Below are positions 39,046-50,900 of a DNA stretch of 64,000 nt, one piece after another. How positions within the stretch are numbered: position 1 is the first letter of the stretch; the number at the start of each line of letters is the position of its first letter. The stretch covers positions 67,024,001 through 67,088,000 of the forward strand of contig OZ076409.1 in the NCBI GenBank assembly GCA_964187785.1, read 5' to 3'. A program made the translations under genes and the position numbers. Below the pieces are notes generated by a model. The model did not search any database. It was not told the DNA's origin and saw only the letters and a list, made by a program, of their open reading frames with translations. The stretch comes from Amphiscolops sp. MND2022. Taxonomy: Eukaryota.

Positions 39046-40257
39046 TTATCCAGAGTGTATCCACTGCAGAACAGTTGTGCTGTCGGACCACATGAAAGTC
39101 TTACTTATCTCCAGTGACAGGGCTTTCTCAATTTCTTTTCTAAGCCTTGCTGCTAGTAACGAAGCCTGTAGTTCAAGTTTTGGAATTGTCAAGGCTTTCA
39201 TGGGTGCGACTCTGGCCTTTCCGAATACAAAGGCGAGTTGTGTTTGTTCTTGGTTTTCATTCTTGACAACCTTGGCACGTAGGAACGCGACAGCGCTGAA
39301 CACGTTTCGGGAACTATCACCAAACAGGTGAAGTTCCAATGTTTCGACTTTTCCCTGGAAATAAGCTCGTGGAATGACAATGTCGCTTAAGCCTGGTAGT
39401 TCTTCACTCCTTTCAAGGAATTTGGTTACAACTTCAGGTGGTAAGTCGTCATCCCATTGTTGTCCGCTTAGCCTCCAGATGTCCTTTAGCAGTAGTCGTG
39501 CTTTGACGGTATACGGTGCGACAAGTCCAATCGGGTCGTACACTGAAGAGACTAAACTCAGAACGATCCTTTGAGTTACTTTTCGCTTGACTTCAGGGTT
39601 CGTACTGTGGTTCCACTTTAGTCCCAACACATGTGACGAGTTTTCGGTGCTCGGGATTTCTTTACCTTCGGTTGGTGATGTGGGGTCAGCTTCCAGCTGT
39701 GGCGGAATGGTAGACACGTTTGAGACGAACTTAAAGCCACCTAATGAAAGCAAATTCACTAGATCCTTAGCTTTCCGGGTAGCTTCTTCTGCGGTTGGGC
39801 TGGATTCCAAGTAGTCATCCATGTAGAAGTTGTTGATGACGCTTTGGGCGGCTTCGGGAAACTGTGATGCATTGTCGGTTGCTGTTCGTCTCAGGGCATA
39901 GTTCGCACATGTGGGGGAGCCCTTGGATCCGAAGATGTGACGAACATATTGGAATACAGCAACTTCGGATGCTGGATCTTCGCGCCACAGAAAACGAAGT
40001 GAAGGCCTATCGTCTGGAATGACACCGACTTGTAAAAACATTCCTTCAATGTCAGCCGATACAGCGTGTGGATGTTGGCGGAATCGAATCAAAATGTGGA
40101 TCAGATTCTGTAATAAGTCTGGTCCGGTTAAGAGCAAATTGTTTAAGGACTGCCCTTGAAACCTGGCGGCGCCGTTCAACACTCGTCGAACTTTGCCTGG
40201 TTTGTGGGGATGAACTACAGGGTGGTGCGGAAGGTACCACTCGCGGACTTCTTTCAC
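39046..40257 (-). pseudogene. BEL pol: reverse transcriptase and RNase H (Peptidase_A17-type) segment
   Basis: WYLPHHPV, GPDLLQNL, ADIEGMFLQV, YMDD, YDPIG, LHLFGDSS, KARVAPMK, TIPKLELQA, WSDSTTVLQWI. Confidence 0.95.
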
Positions 40258-40263
40258 TTTGAA

Positions 40264-41892
40264 TCAATCGCCTTTGTCGACGTTCACAATGTACCCCTTT
40301 GAAAAGTCGTCCTGAATCGTTTTGGAGTATCGCTCTTTCAAATCTGCGTCTTTCGCGAGATGGCGTTCTAGCGACTTGAGCTGGACGAGTGCCGAAAAGT
40401 AGTTGTTCGGTAAACTACTATCGTCCTCAGCCCAAAGCATACCAACCTGGTATCGGGACCCGTCGTGGTATGTCTTGTCGTCAAGTATCTTCTCCGCTCT
40501 CGCATCGGCAGCGGAGCGGGAGTCTACCTGTTTGAATGCTCCGTATGATTCCATATCATACCAGCTACGGAGTTGGTCAGCTAATTCTGAATCAACGTCT
40601 TTTTTAGTAGAAACAGCCTTGAAACATGTCGAATGAAATCCAGAAGTCGATGGAAGAGGTCCACTCAATACCCAGCCCAACGGTATACGGACGGCAACTG
40701 GGGTATTCTTACGGTCGGAATCGAAATACTCCAGCGGGCGGATAAAGTGAAACACGTCCTGACCTAGGATCATGTCGACGTCGGCATAGCTGTACTTCTG
40801 CAAAAATATTGGTTCCAAGTGTGGGTACTTAGTTTTCAGGTAGTTCACGTTGATCGTGTCGGTTCCCACGTTCAGATTTTCTGGGACGTATGGTTTGATG
40901 TTGAAAGGGGAGCAAGAGCCACCCGAATGAACCGGTGTCAACTTGAGCTCCACCATCTCCGTACTTATGACTTGATGGGAGTTAATCCCATGTACAGTAA
41001 GTTTCGTCGGTACGCCTTGAACTTTCAATCTATTTGCCAATCTCGCAGAAATCCATGAATGGCTACAGGCTGAATCGCACAGCGCTAAAACCTTTTCAGA
41101 GGCGGCTGTAGAATGCAATTCGGCTTCCGTTATCTGCAGAAGACCCTTAACGTCCGTGACGGAAGGTAGGCCTGAGCTTGTTTCTAACTGCTCGCTTATC
41201 TTTGTTGCTCCGACACAGGTAGAAGATTCAGGATTTCGTGGTTTCGTTACTTGGTTCTTATTCGGAAAGATCCGGTCGGCCCCATGTAAAAACGTGTTGT
41301 GAGTGCTTTCACAGCTCTCTTTAGTACATTTGCGGGGTTGCGGGCATTGTCGGAAGGAATGATTGGCATTGAAACAAGAGAAGCAAAGCTTGTTGTCGGC
41401 ACCTAACTTTGCTCTCTCTGTGGGAGTTTTCTTACGGAACACCGGACATCTCCACAGAGGATGTTTCTCTTTACACGCCACACAATTTGGCAGTCTGTCG
41501 GACTTTGGTTTTAATGTGTTGTTTTGTTGGTTGTTTGATGTCGTTGCCGCGAACACTTTCGAAGTTGTCTTGGTTCTATTGACACTTGGTTGGGGATTTT
41601 TGTCCGACTTTGGTTTGCCCGATGCAGTCTTCATTCGTTCATGAGCTTCAGCTTTATCTTTCAACCACTCATTGAAGTCAATTAGTTCAATTAGTGTTGG
41701 TCGATCTAAACTACGCTTAACGATGTGCATCGACCAAGCCTCCTTCATGTTTGGTGGGAGCTTTTGCACTGCTTGACCGAGTAGTGATGCACTTGACAGG
41801 TCTTGGTTGTAGTTGAGCGATCGAAATACGCCAACTAACGAACTGACAGTTGCATAGTAGCTTATGATACTCTCGCTGTTGTGCATTTTCAC
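40264..41892 (-). pseudogene. BEL gag C-terminus (three Cys/His knuckles) and aspartic protease segment
   Basis: CVACKEKHPLWRC, CFSCFNANHSFRQC, CTKESCESTHNTFLH; protease ALCDSACSHSWI ... DMILGQD ... LGWVLSGP. Confidence 0.93.
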
Positions 41893-43712
41893 CGGGGTAC
41901 ATTTGCAAGTTTATCCAAGTATGCAGTCACTACTGCTTGAGGTTGTCCACATTTGCGCTCAAGTGTCTTGAGGGCATCTTTGTACATGGCCCCACAGTAG
42001 GCGAATTCGGCAATTGCGACCTTAGCTTTCCCAGTCACCAATGTTTTCAGATATGTCAGCTTGACATCATCTGTCAGAGGGGCAGAGTCAATGGCGCTCT
42101 TAAACTGTCCATACCGTTCATGCCATTGAATAGGGTCGCCGCTATATTGAGACAGTTTCCACTCTGGTAGGTGGTCTTTCTTCGTTGAAGCCAGTATTTG
42201 TGCAACGTCTTGGATTGTAAAGCTCGGTACACTGGTTTGGGTCACGGAAGTTGTTGAAGATGGCACAAATGGTGTTGCATTCGCACTGGGGAACAGTGAT
42301 GACGGCTGAGTTGATGTACTAGCAACAGCTGGAGTAGCTACAACTGGTGGCGGTAAGTAATAAACAGTTCCTCCACACGTGACCGGCAAGATAGGTACTG
42401 TTGTCGGTAGAGGTGTACTACCCAAAGAGGCGGTTGTTGCTGCGATTGGGGTCGGTTGACTTTGCGGTAGTTGCCTACTTGCTTGTACAGAGGGAATAAC
42501 AGGTACGTGCGGAAACGTCCCTGCGGTCAGATTCGGAATTACATGACTCACTGGCACATTGACAATTGGGTTGAAAGGTGCAGGAATCGTTGGTGGAACG
42601 GCTGGACTGGTTGTGATTGTTGCCGTTGTTGTTATCATCGGGTTCAATGTTGGTACGGGAGGTTGAACAGTCATTGGTACGGAAGGTATAACATTCATGG
42701 GGTTCCTTTGAAGTGAAACAGAAGCAGCCGGTTGCTGAACAAGTGTAATATTCGGAAGTGGTGGTGGAAGACTAGTAACTGGGACGTAAACAGCTGCAGG
42801 ATCTTGACTTGCTATGCCTACCTGACAAGCAGTTCCGTTCTCAACGAATTGCAGTGATGCTGTGCTAATAACAGCATTGTTTGAAGCTGATGTCGTAGTA
42901 GTGGTGACTGGAGGTGGAGCGTTAGCTTCAGTAACACTGGGCGAATTGTTGATCCAATCGCTTATTCGCTCTGTTTTCTTTCCTCTGCTAGAAGCGCTCA
43001 AGCGCGACAGAGTTTCGTGAAAGTCTGTGTTTGAATCGGAGAAATCGTCTCGAAGTGCCATTTCTGTCAAAGTTGCTTCTGCTAGTTTTCGACGGTTTTC
43101 TTCTTCCAATTCCTCAACTCTCGAAGCTTGTTCCTTTCGGAGTTTTACCAGTTCCAGTTCTTGTTGCTCAAGTTCGAGTTGTTGTTTTTGCTTTGCCAGA
43201 CGTAGTGCGGCTTCGTTCTGCTTTCCAATCTCCGCACGTCTTTGCTGAGCAATAACGAAATCTCGTTGCCGTTGACTCGATGTTTTGGACATTTTAGAAC
43301 TTGAGACTTTGCTAGATTTAGTTTTGACAGTAGCTGCCTTCCGTGAAGTTTGGGAGGACTTTTCGGATTGCGGACATTGATCGATGTACTCCCTTGCTTT
43401 CTGCAGTATTCTGTCATTTTCCACGGTGACATCATCTAACCACTTCTCTAGGTCGTCAGTTATAGTTACTGGGTCGTTTGACTTCTTTGCGAGCTCTAAC
43501 AGCTGCTCGTTCTTCGCAAAGGCTTTAGTCATTGTTTCGTTGCAATAAGTCACTAATCTTTCAACGCGAACGCGTCGTTCAGAATTGTTCACGGCATCGA
43601 TGATATCTTTCTGGAACTTTTTCAACTCTGTTTCGATCTTTAAACGGCTTTCGTGGAGCTTCTGAACCTTCTCTAACATGGGGTCGGTCATCGTTAATCG
43701 GAAATTGGTCAA
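41889..43712 (-). pseudogene. BEL gag N-terminus: coiled coil, Pro/Thr-rich linker and DUF1759-like capsid region
   Basis: HLPEWKLSQYSGDPIQW...FKSAID...KLTYLKTLVTGKAK; frameshift near 41890 into the next segment. Confidence 0.9.
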
Positions 43713-44176
43713 ACAACTTCAATCAAAATTGGAACGGAATCTTTTTGAGCGTCAACCAAACAGTTAAGTCTGGACACAGTCCAAAAAGATCAGTATCCGA
43801 AAAATGGGGCTTTTGTTACCAGTAATGTAACGGTTGACAGTAGTGCTTTTGCACGAAGCGTGGAAGATTTTTTGTTTGGGTTAAAAGTAGTCTGGGACTA
43901 CGAGGACGAAGACAAAGAACTTCAAGGTGCGCAGAAGGCGCTAACTCAGTGAGAAAGGTGAGAGGGGAACGGTACTGCCAGGATTTCAACTGGTCAATTA
44001 AGTCCGGACACTATTCTGACAGTCGAGGAAGGCGAAGACTGAGTTTTCAAGGTATCAACCAGTCAATGAAGTCTGGACACAACCCTGAAGACGAAGGATT
44101 GCGAGTAGAGATTTCAACCAAACAATTAAGTTTGGACACTGTCTCTACAACGGTTAACAAGGTATGGGGGCGGTGT

Positions 44177-44782
44177 TCACTGAGAAGTGTTCGGGGAAGC
44201 CCTTTTTGCAGCGTTGCGGGCACGCTTGCTAGGCCTCTTTGGACGGCTTTTGTCGGTGATGGCGGATAGTTGATTTTCTTTCCGTAGAATGAAGTCAAGA
44301 CTTTTCAGTTCAAGTTCAGGACTCTGGTGTAAAGCCTTATATTTTTTCAAAAGTTCCGGATTCTTTTGTTTTTTCGACGAAATGAAATCCTCCACGATGC
44401 TGAATACTTCAATGTTATGATCGGTTTTCAAAACATTCAAAAATGTTCGGCGTGCGATGTCGTTTGCAATCAACCCGAGCACTGAGCTTGTTCTGAAGGC
44501 CCTTCAACTCATCAATCAATTGTGACACAGTTAGTGTTGAAAATTCTTGCTTTCATGTCGAGAAATGCTGTTATTTAAAACATCATGCCATATAACAATA
44601 TTGTTTTTCTCTTTCAGATCTTTGGAAAACAAATTCTGAACAATTTTTCTCGGATTTTTGGTGTTTTTGTTCAGACTCAGGCCCGGGATTGAAAAAATTT
44701 TGTCGTCATATCGAGTTTTTTCTTCGGTGCTTAATGTTTCCAAAGCATGATTTAAAGAACTAGCTGCTAATATGAAAACCAT
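44177..44782 (-). pseudogene. Extra ORF of about 200 aa upstream of gag, two frameshifts, SGNH/GDSL-like motif order
   Basis: ORFs 44782-44531 and 44482-44177 are bridged by a third-frame stretch LTVSQLIDELKGLQNKLSARVDCKRHRTPNIF; motifs VFILAASS, IPGLSL, IVIWHDVLNNS, ALHQS. Confidence 0.6.
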
Positions 44783-45765
44783 GTGTTTTTTCCTTATCGA
44801 TTGCTTTCGCTTATAGGAAAAATGCGCAGCCTTAGAAAATTGACAAAATGTTTTCCTTTCTAAAAACTTTTATTTTTGAAAACTTGTTTTTTCGAAAACT
44901 TTTTCGAAAAACTGGTTTACTCTGGTGCGCTATTCAGACAATAGAACAGTTTATCTATAACAACTGTTTGGACAGATTGAGTACCTGTACCTAGAAATTC
45001 ATTCTGAAAGTTTTTCTATCTCGAAACTGAACTTTAAAATATTATAAGGGCTAAGTTTTTCAAATTTTCTCAGTTACTCACGACCGGGGGCTTCTAGGGT
45101 ACTTTCGGAGGGGGTTCCGAGGGCACCGTCAGGGTTCGGGGGCACCTTCGAGCCTTCGAGGGTTACCGTCGGGCTTCGGTGGTCACTGGCTAAAAGGATC
45201 CAGATTTGATTGAAGATCACTTTGATTGAAGAGGCCTTGGAAAAATACCACTGGATCCAGTGCTGCTGTGGCTTCTTCGTTTGGCGTCGACGCCAGGGAA
45301 CGATCCCGGGACATCTGGTTCGCAGGCAGCGGCTGCGACGGTTGGGAATCTCTCAATTGTCCAGGATTTGGGGCAACGCCAAAGATAACGCTTTTCTCTA
45401 ATAGTCAAAATATAGGGAACACCGATTGAAATTCAAGTGAAAGCTGAAGGATTTGTTTCGTGTTGATCCAATGATAAGACACCTTGCATGGCGTGAAAAC
45501 AGATCCGCTTCGTCATTCTCAGTAAGTAAAGTAGAAATAATTTGGGTCACTTGAGGGATTATTCAACTGGAGGGAACAGAACAGGTACACATTTCAAGTG
45601 AAATAAAGTAAAGTCCTTCTGCAATGTCGACTAGATGCAAACTTATAATTTCTTAATTATTATTCACTGAAAGTTATATCACAGGTTGAGGAATCATTGA
45701 ACCAGGTTTCACGCAAATTAGAAACAAGAACAAGAATTTTTGAACATAAATGGGTTTTTGATAAT

Positions 45766-45783
45766 GCCTCTCTATGGCCACCA
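45766..45783 (-). promoter_or_regulatory. Primer-binding site of the BEL element (TGGTGGCCATAGAGAGGC)
   Basis: TGG-initiated sequence directly abutting the inner end of the 5' LTR. The first 8 nt fit tRNA-Ile-type 3' ends; the cognate tRNA is unverified. Confidence 0.75.
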
Positions 45784-46126
45784 TAAAAGAAATAACATTC
45801 GGCAGTTATCTCGTCTCTTCTATTTGAAAAATAGGAAAAAGGCAACACTCTATTTCTCAATGTATTATCGGCCCACAATGACGAAACAGTTAATCTGTAC
45901 AAAATGACAAAACTGATAAATGAGCATACAGTTGTTGACAAATATTAATAAACATAACTTCGAGATAGCAAATGAGTAATGAATAGAAAAACATATTTTT
46001 TCTATTTTTGTAAGTACTAAAGATTTTCAGTTACCTTATTATTTTCAGAATAAAGCGCACTAACCTATTTCGCCAGAGCGCCTTGTTATTGGTCAGTTCA
46101 ATTTTAATCTTATTGTGAACGCAACA
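45784..46126 (-). repeat. 5' LTR of the BEL element (343 bp)
   Basis: Same as the 3' LTR apart from a few substitutions and a net 16-bp loss that removes the B box. Confidence 0.95.
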
Positions 46127-47578
46127 GTAACCCACGAAATAGTTCGAAAACTTTACAAACATTTCATGGAAACGTCGAACACTTTTGAATTTTCACGGTA
46201 TTTCTGCGTTTTTTTTCTAATTGCAATTTTTTAAAAAGCGTACTGAATAGGTAAATATTTCGTTTGGAACCTATGAATAATAAATAATCAACAGAAGAGA
46301 AATGTTCCTAGAAAACATTGAATTTTGCAGTGATGCGATTTTATTCTGATCCCGTACTGCTAGCTACATGTTTCAACGAAAAATCTTTTCCAAAATGTAC
46401 TGCTTAGTTCTTTCGCCCTTGAATGTTCTGAACCCTATGATCCATGAAAGCATGGGAAATTGTACAAAAATTGTATGAAAAACAAAAAAAAAGACTATAA
46501 TTCTTGAATTAATCGTTAATTTGGGTCATTTTGAGGCAGTTTCTATCAAACAAATGCATTTATCTCTTCACAAATATCTACTGGACAGCGAATTTCTTTT
46601 GTTGAACGTTTTCACTTTTTATTCTACGAAATCGATTGAGAACTGGACAGAAATTGCACAAAAGCGTGAAAAATCTGCTTTAAAAGTTTTCCACTTTGAA
46701 ACATTTTCCATTGAAAAACTGCATTCATTTCTTCGTAGAAGCCCTCTGGATTATATCATTTTTCTAAGCCACGAAATTTTTCGGATAAGTGATGACAAAA
46801 GATGTTAAGAAGTGTATAATATCTAAATATTTTGAATTTTTGTCAATTTCATTCAGAATCTGAGGCATTTTGCCAATGAAAACCTGCATTTATTTCCTTA
46901 ACAAAATCTCGTGAACAACGAACTCTTTCTTTTTTGAACGTTCTAGCTTTTTAAACCACTAAATCAATCAAAAATTAGACAAAAGTTGCAAAGAAAATTT
47001 TTCATTCGGAAAGTTTTCCATTTTTGCAACTTTTGGGTCGTTCTTGGCTATTTGGTGTCAACTAAAAAATTTAAAAATCTCCCCAACCACGAATAACATT
47101 GAACTAAACTTACGTTAGTTGAATTCTTTGGGTGCAACTCTTTAACTTTGATATAAATTTGAACATAACAAATTTTCGGCTGATATAAATATTTTCTTCT
47201 TTCACGAAAAAATGGGGGGAATTGAAAATCAAAGGGGATCAAACATGAAATAGAGGACCCATTGAATGAGTTTGGCATTCGGCTCTATTTTCAGCTTTCG
47301 GCGGGCTCTGGTCACTTTGACAGTATTGAAAAGGAACATTAGAAATTCCCACTTTACCAGCGATCCAAAAAATGCTTGCTTTAAGCACAAAAGTAAGAGA
47401 CAGATTGGAGGAAAGGCTTGTCTTAGAGTTTTTTGCCGAGAACCAGATTCAATAAAGTGGCATAACGCAAGTGGACCCTCAAGTGGAAAAACGCAAAAAA
47501 ATTCCACATCGTTGAAATTACTCAAACGGAGGATCCTTCAATCTCTAAAAACGTTTTTTCTTGAAACTAGAATCATTT

Positions 47579-47931
47579 AACAAGTCGGAAACGGTCGAAG
47601 TCGGCGCCATATCTAAGGCTCAAAAATAGCAAAAGGACTTCAAAGTGTCAAGTATTCTCTTCTACAGTACCCGCATAAGGAAAAAATTGAAAAAAATCCC
47701 ATTTTTTCGAAGTTTGTTTCAAAATTTTTTTGGTCTCCGATAAGTCGCATAGTCCTGAAAAATGTAGAAGGGGCCCTAAAAAAAGCCTAATTAACCTCTA
47801 TCTCAAGTGCCAGCAGAAGTAGCTTGGAATTTAGTGTTAGTTCAAGTCAGCTTATAAAGCTTATAAAATCTGTCACTTCATTGGTCTTAAAAAAAGAAAA
47901 GTCTTTCTACGAAAAAACGCCGACTAAAAAA
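47579..47931 (-). mobile_element. HINE/DINE-1-like element
   Basis: aacaagtcggaaacggtcgaagtcggcgccatatctaaggctc ... gaaaaaacgccgactaaaaaa. Confidence 0.65.
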
Positions 47932-47994
47932 CAAAGGAATATTTTGTTTGTGATAGTGTTTCTTATTATTACGGTTTTAAGTATTAGTAAACAA

Positions 47995-50900
47995 TACACA
48001 ACTAACCAAATTACCAGCAAAAATGTGGGCGTGAGAGAAAACAATTCAGAATAAGTTCGCTCGTTCAATACATATTGCCAATTCAAGTAGTACTGCTATT
48101 CTCGTTTCTTTTGCCTCTATATCAGACAATAAAATTACTTCTGGTAAGGCGCCAAAAAACCTTTTCCCACCGAAAGGAATCAATGGATAGAATTATTCGA
48201 ATTAGTTGCATTGGCAAAACTTTCTTTGAAGATTACAAAAACGACATTAGAGAGAGGCCCAAAAACACCAATACAACTGGGAAACTTGCCAAAAACCACT
48301 GCTATGAAACAATTAGTCAGGTTGTTGTACCTAGCAAAAGAAAAACAGGCCGGAAAATGCAACTGGACAAATATCTTGCAACAAGCTTATTCATGATCGA
48401 GTTTTTTTTATTGGACGATTTATTGAAACAATGCAGAGATTACTTTGAGATAAGGCGAAATAGAACATTGGAACCCGGACAAGTTAACAAATGCGAAAGA
48501 AGAGCCAGTATACGCAGACACAAAGACGAACAGAAAAGAGTGTTGGAGATGCGGCGCAGAAAAACGGTGGACGACCCGAAACAATCAACAAAGTCTCTGG
48601 CTTAGAAAGGTATATTCAAAATTCCAATTCGACGGAACAGGACGATTGGAGAACAACAGCCAACCCCAGGAAAAATGACAATAATGAGGAAATTGACACA
48701 GGAGTGTTTCGGGTGGACTACTACGAAGAAAACGAAGAGATGGAAGAAGGAATGATTGCGCTGAATGTGGAAATTTACGGAAACAATAGAAAAAATTTGT
48801 CTTCATGGAATGTTCAATAAATAGCTACAAATTCAAAACAATTGCTCTAGATGAAATAGAGAAAATATTGCAGCAGAAGGAATTGAGAGTGATCGAAGGA
48901 GAAAAAATGTTGATTTCAACGGCGGGCCTTTGGATCTAGTGAGTTACGCATTTTCAAGCCACAAGCGAGCAACAAATACATCCGGATGGCAAAAATTCTC
49001 ATTGCGAAAAGTGATAATATTAAATTTCGGGATAAAATGTTTATCGATTTTGAACTTTTGCTTGGTTCAATCGTTAATAGATGAGTCGGACCTTAATGTA
49101 ATTGAGAAGAAGGGAGGAAGCGTTAAGTTTACAGACAAAATTGTACATGAAATTATATCCAAACGTGTTTTTAAAAAACAGTAAGAAAGAAAATCACAGA
49201 GTAAAAATCCGAGTAAAAGACGAAGCAAAAGTAACACAGCAAAAAGAAAAGAATCATGATTCAAATGCAACTTCCCGTAGGTAAAAAAAGTATAAGACAC
49301 CTGAAAGAAGGGCATATCGAAAAAGTAGGTATAATAAATGACGAGCCTACAATCATTACAGTCAGGAAGGTCGTTCAGTGAAAATAGCGTTAGATGCAAG
49401 AGCTTTAAACAAAGCCATAGATTAATACAAGTGCCAGATGCTAAAATTAGGAAATTTATTGGAAATGCCGGCGGAAAGAACCGATAAGAAGGTGAAGTAT
49501 GGTTATCTTCACTTGATTTGACATATGCGTACGAACAGGTGCCTTTACACGGCCTAACAGCCAAACATGGTGATTTTCAAAACAGGGGTGAGGCAACAGG
49601 AACGTATAGATATGTAATTGAAGTTTATGGTCTGACAGTTTTGCCGACAGAATTTCCGAAAAAATGGATACCCTAATAGTAATTTTTGAGGAAATGTTTG
49701 TTTTACTTGATGACATTTTATTAATGACGAAAAGAACAAAGCAACAACATTTGACAAACCTGTGGGAAATACTCAATACGGTTTTGATTTGAAGGCAGAA
49801 AATGCGAGTTCGCAGAAACGCGGAATGAGTGGCTTGGTTTAAAATAAACAGAACCGGGATAATCGTCAATGAACTGTAGAGTACAATGAATTACTAAAAT
49901 GCGAAGACCGACCAACTTAAAAGAATTTTGATTGTATCTAGGTTCTCTACACCAGCTAATAAACTTATCCCTGATTTTGCCGCTGAATGCTGTCGATTCC
50001 GAGATATACTTGCGGAAGCTTTGAAGTGACAAAAGTTGCAGGGGTATCACGTTTCAAAACAAATAGGCCAATGAGAATTCTCTGTTATGATAGTTAGCAA
50101 GGATTAGACGCAGTACTACAACAAGTTTGGAACAGTTGTCGAAAACCGATTGCTTATTGCAACTTAGATTTTCAGCAGACTTTGAAGCAAAATCATCGAT
50201 AAACGAACTGGAGCTTTAAACGCTGTATGGAGCTGTATGGAGCTGTATGGAGCTGAATGGAGCTGTATAAACTGGAGCTATATGGACCAAATCTCGAAGT
50301 TGTTTCCAATCAAAAAGCACTAAAAGGCGTTCTAAAAGCCAATAATTCTAATAAAACGACTTGCAGCTGTTTTACAAGATAAGTGTATAGACTTTTACCA
50401 TTTGACTTTTCATTTGTACAAACCTCGGAAGATTACTAGGGATGGCTGACTAATTATCTAAAGACCTTTCACCTAATGGAAGGCCAATATTATAATCATA
50501 ACAAATGTTCAATGATTGGTTCACAATAAACGTAGTTAAAGACTTTGCAAAAGAGCTAAATGGAACTATGAGATCAAAGTTACAACAACCAATAAGAATT
50601 AAGACCGATGGCGTTAGCGAAGCATAAGCCACAAAAAGCGTAATGACAAAAAGTGATTGAAATGCCAGTGAGACGCAAAAGTGGATTAGCATCACGTGTG
50701 ACAAAACAAACAAACTGTGCTGGTTAGTAAATATGGCTGAAAGTTGTGCTAAAAGAAGTGAATCCCGAACTAGCTAAATCTACGTTCAAGCAGAATATTA
50801 GAAGGATCGTCACCTTCTGAAATTACTTAAACTGGTCCAAAATAGGGACTCAGTGCAAACTGGTCATCTTCGCCCTCATGGAGGAAAAAATTAATTTCGT

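Larger units (their letters stand above)
37017..46126 (-). mobile_element. BEL/Pao LTR retrotransposon, near full-length but inactivated
   Basis: Two near-identical LTRs, GTAAC duplication (37012-37016 and 46127-46131), PBS, PPT and Gag-PR-RT-RH-IN order with BEL-type motifs. The empty site is visible in the other array units (aaaaactgtatatcacgaaat). Confidence 0.97.
13684..46480. repeat. Tandem array of about 5-kb composite units (five copies, last one interrupted by the BEL element)
   Basis: Unit start aaactgtacgtttcacc at 13684, 18732, 23731 and 28760; truncated junction at 32668/32669; last unit resumes at 46132 and ends ...aattgtatgaaa near 46480. The same spurious ORFs recur at about 5.0-kb and 3.63-kb spacing. 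Confidence 0.97.

Noticed and set aside
41880..41900. Programmed gag-pol frameshift in the BEL element
   Set aside because: The break lies inside the gag capsid region, has no slippery heptamer and is one of several lesions; BEL gag-pol is usually one ORF.
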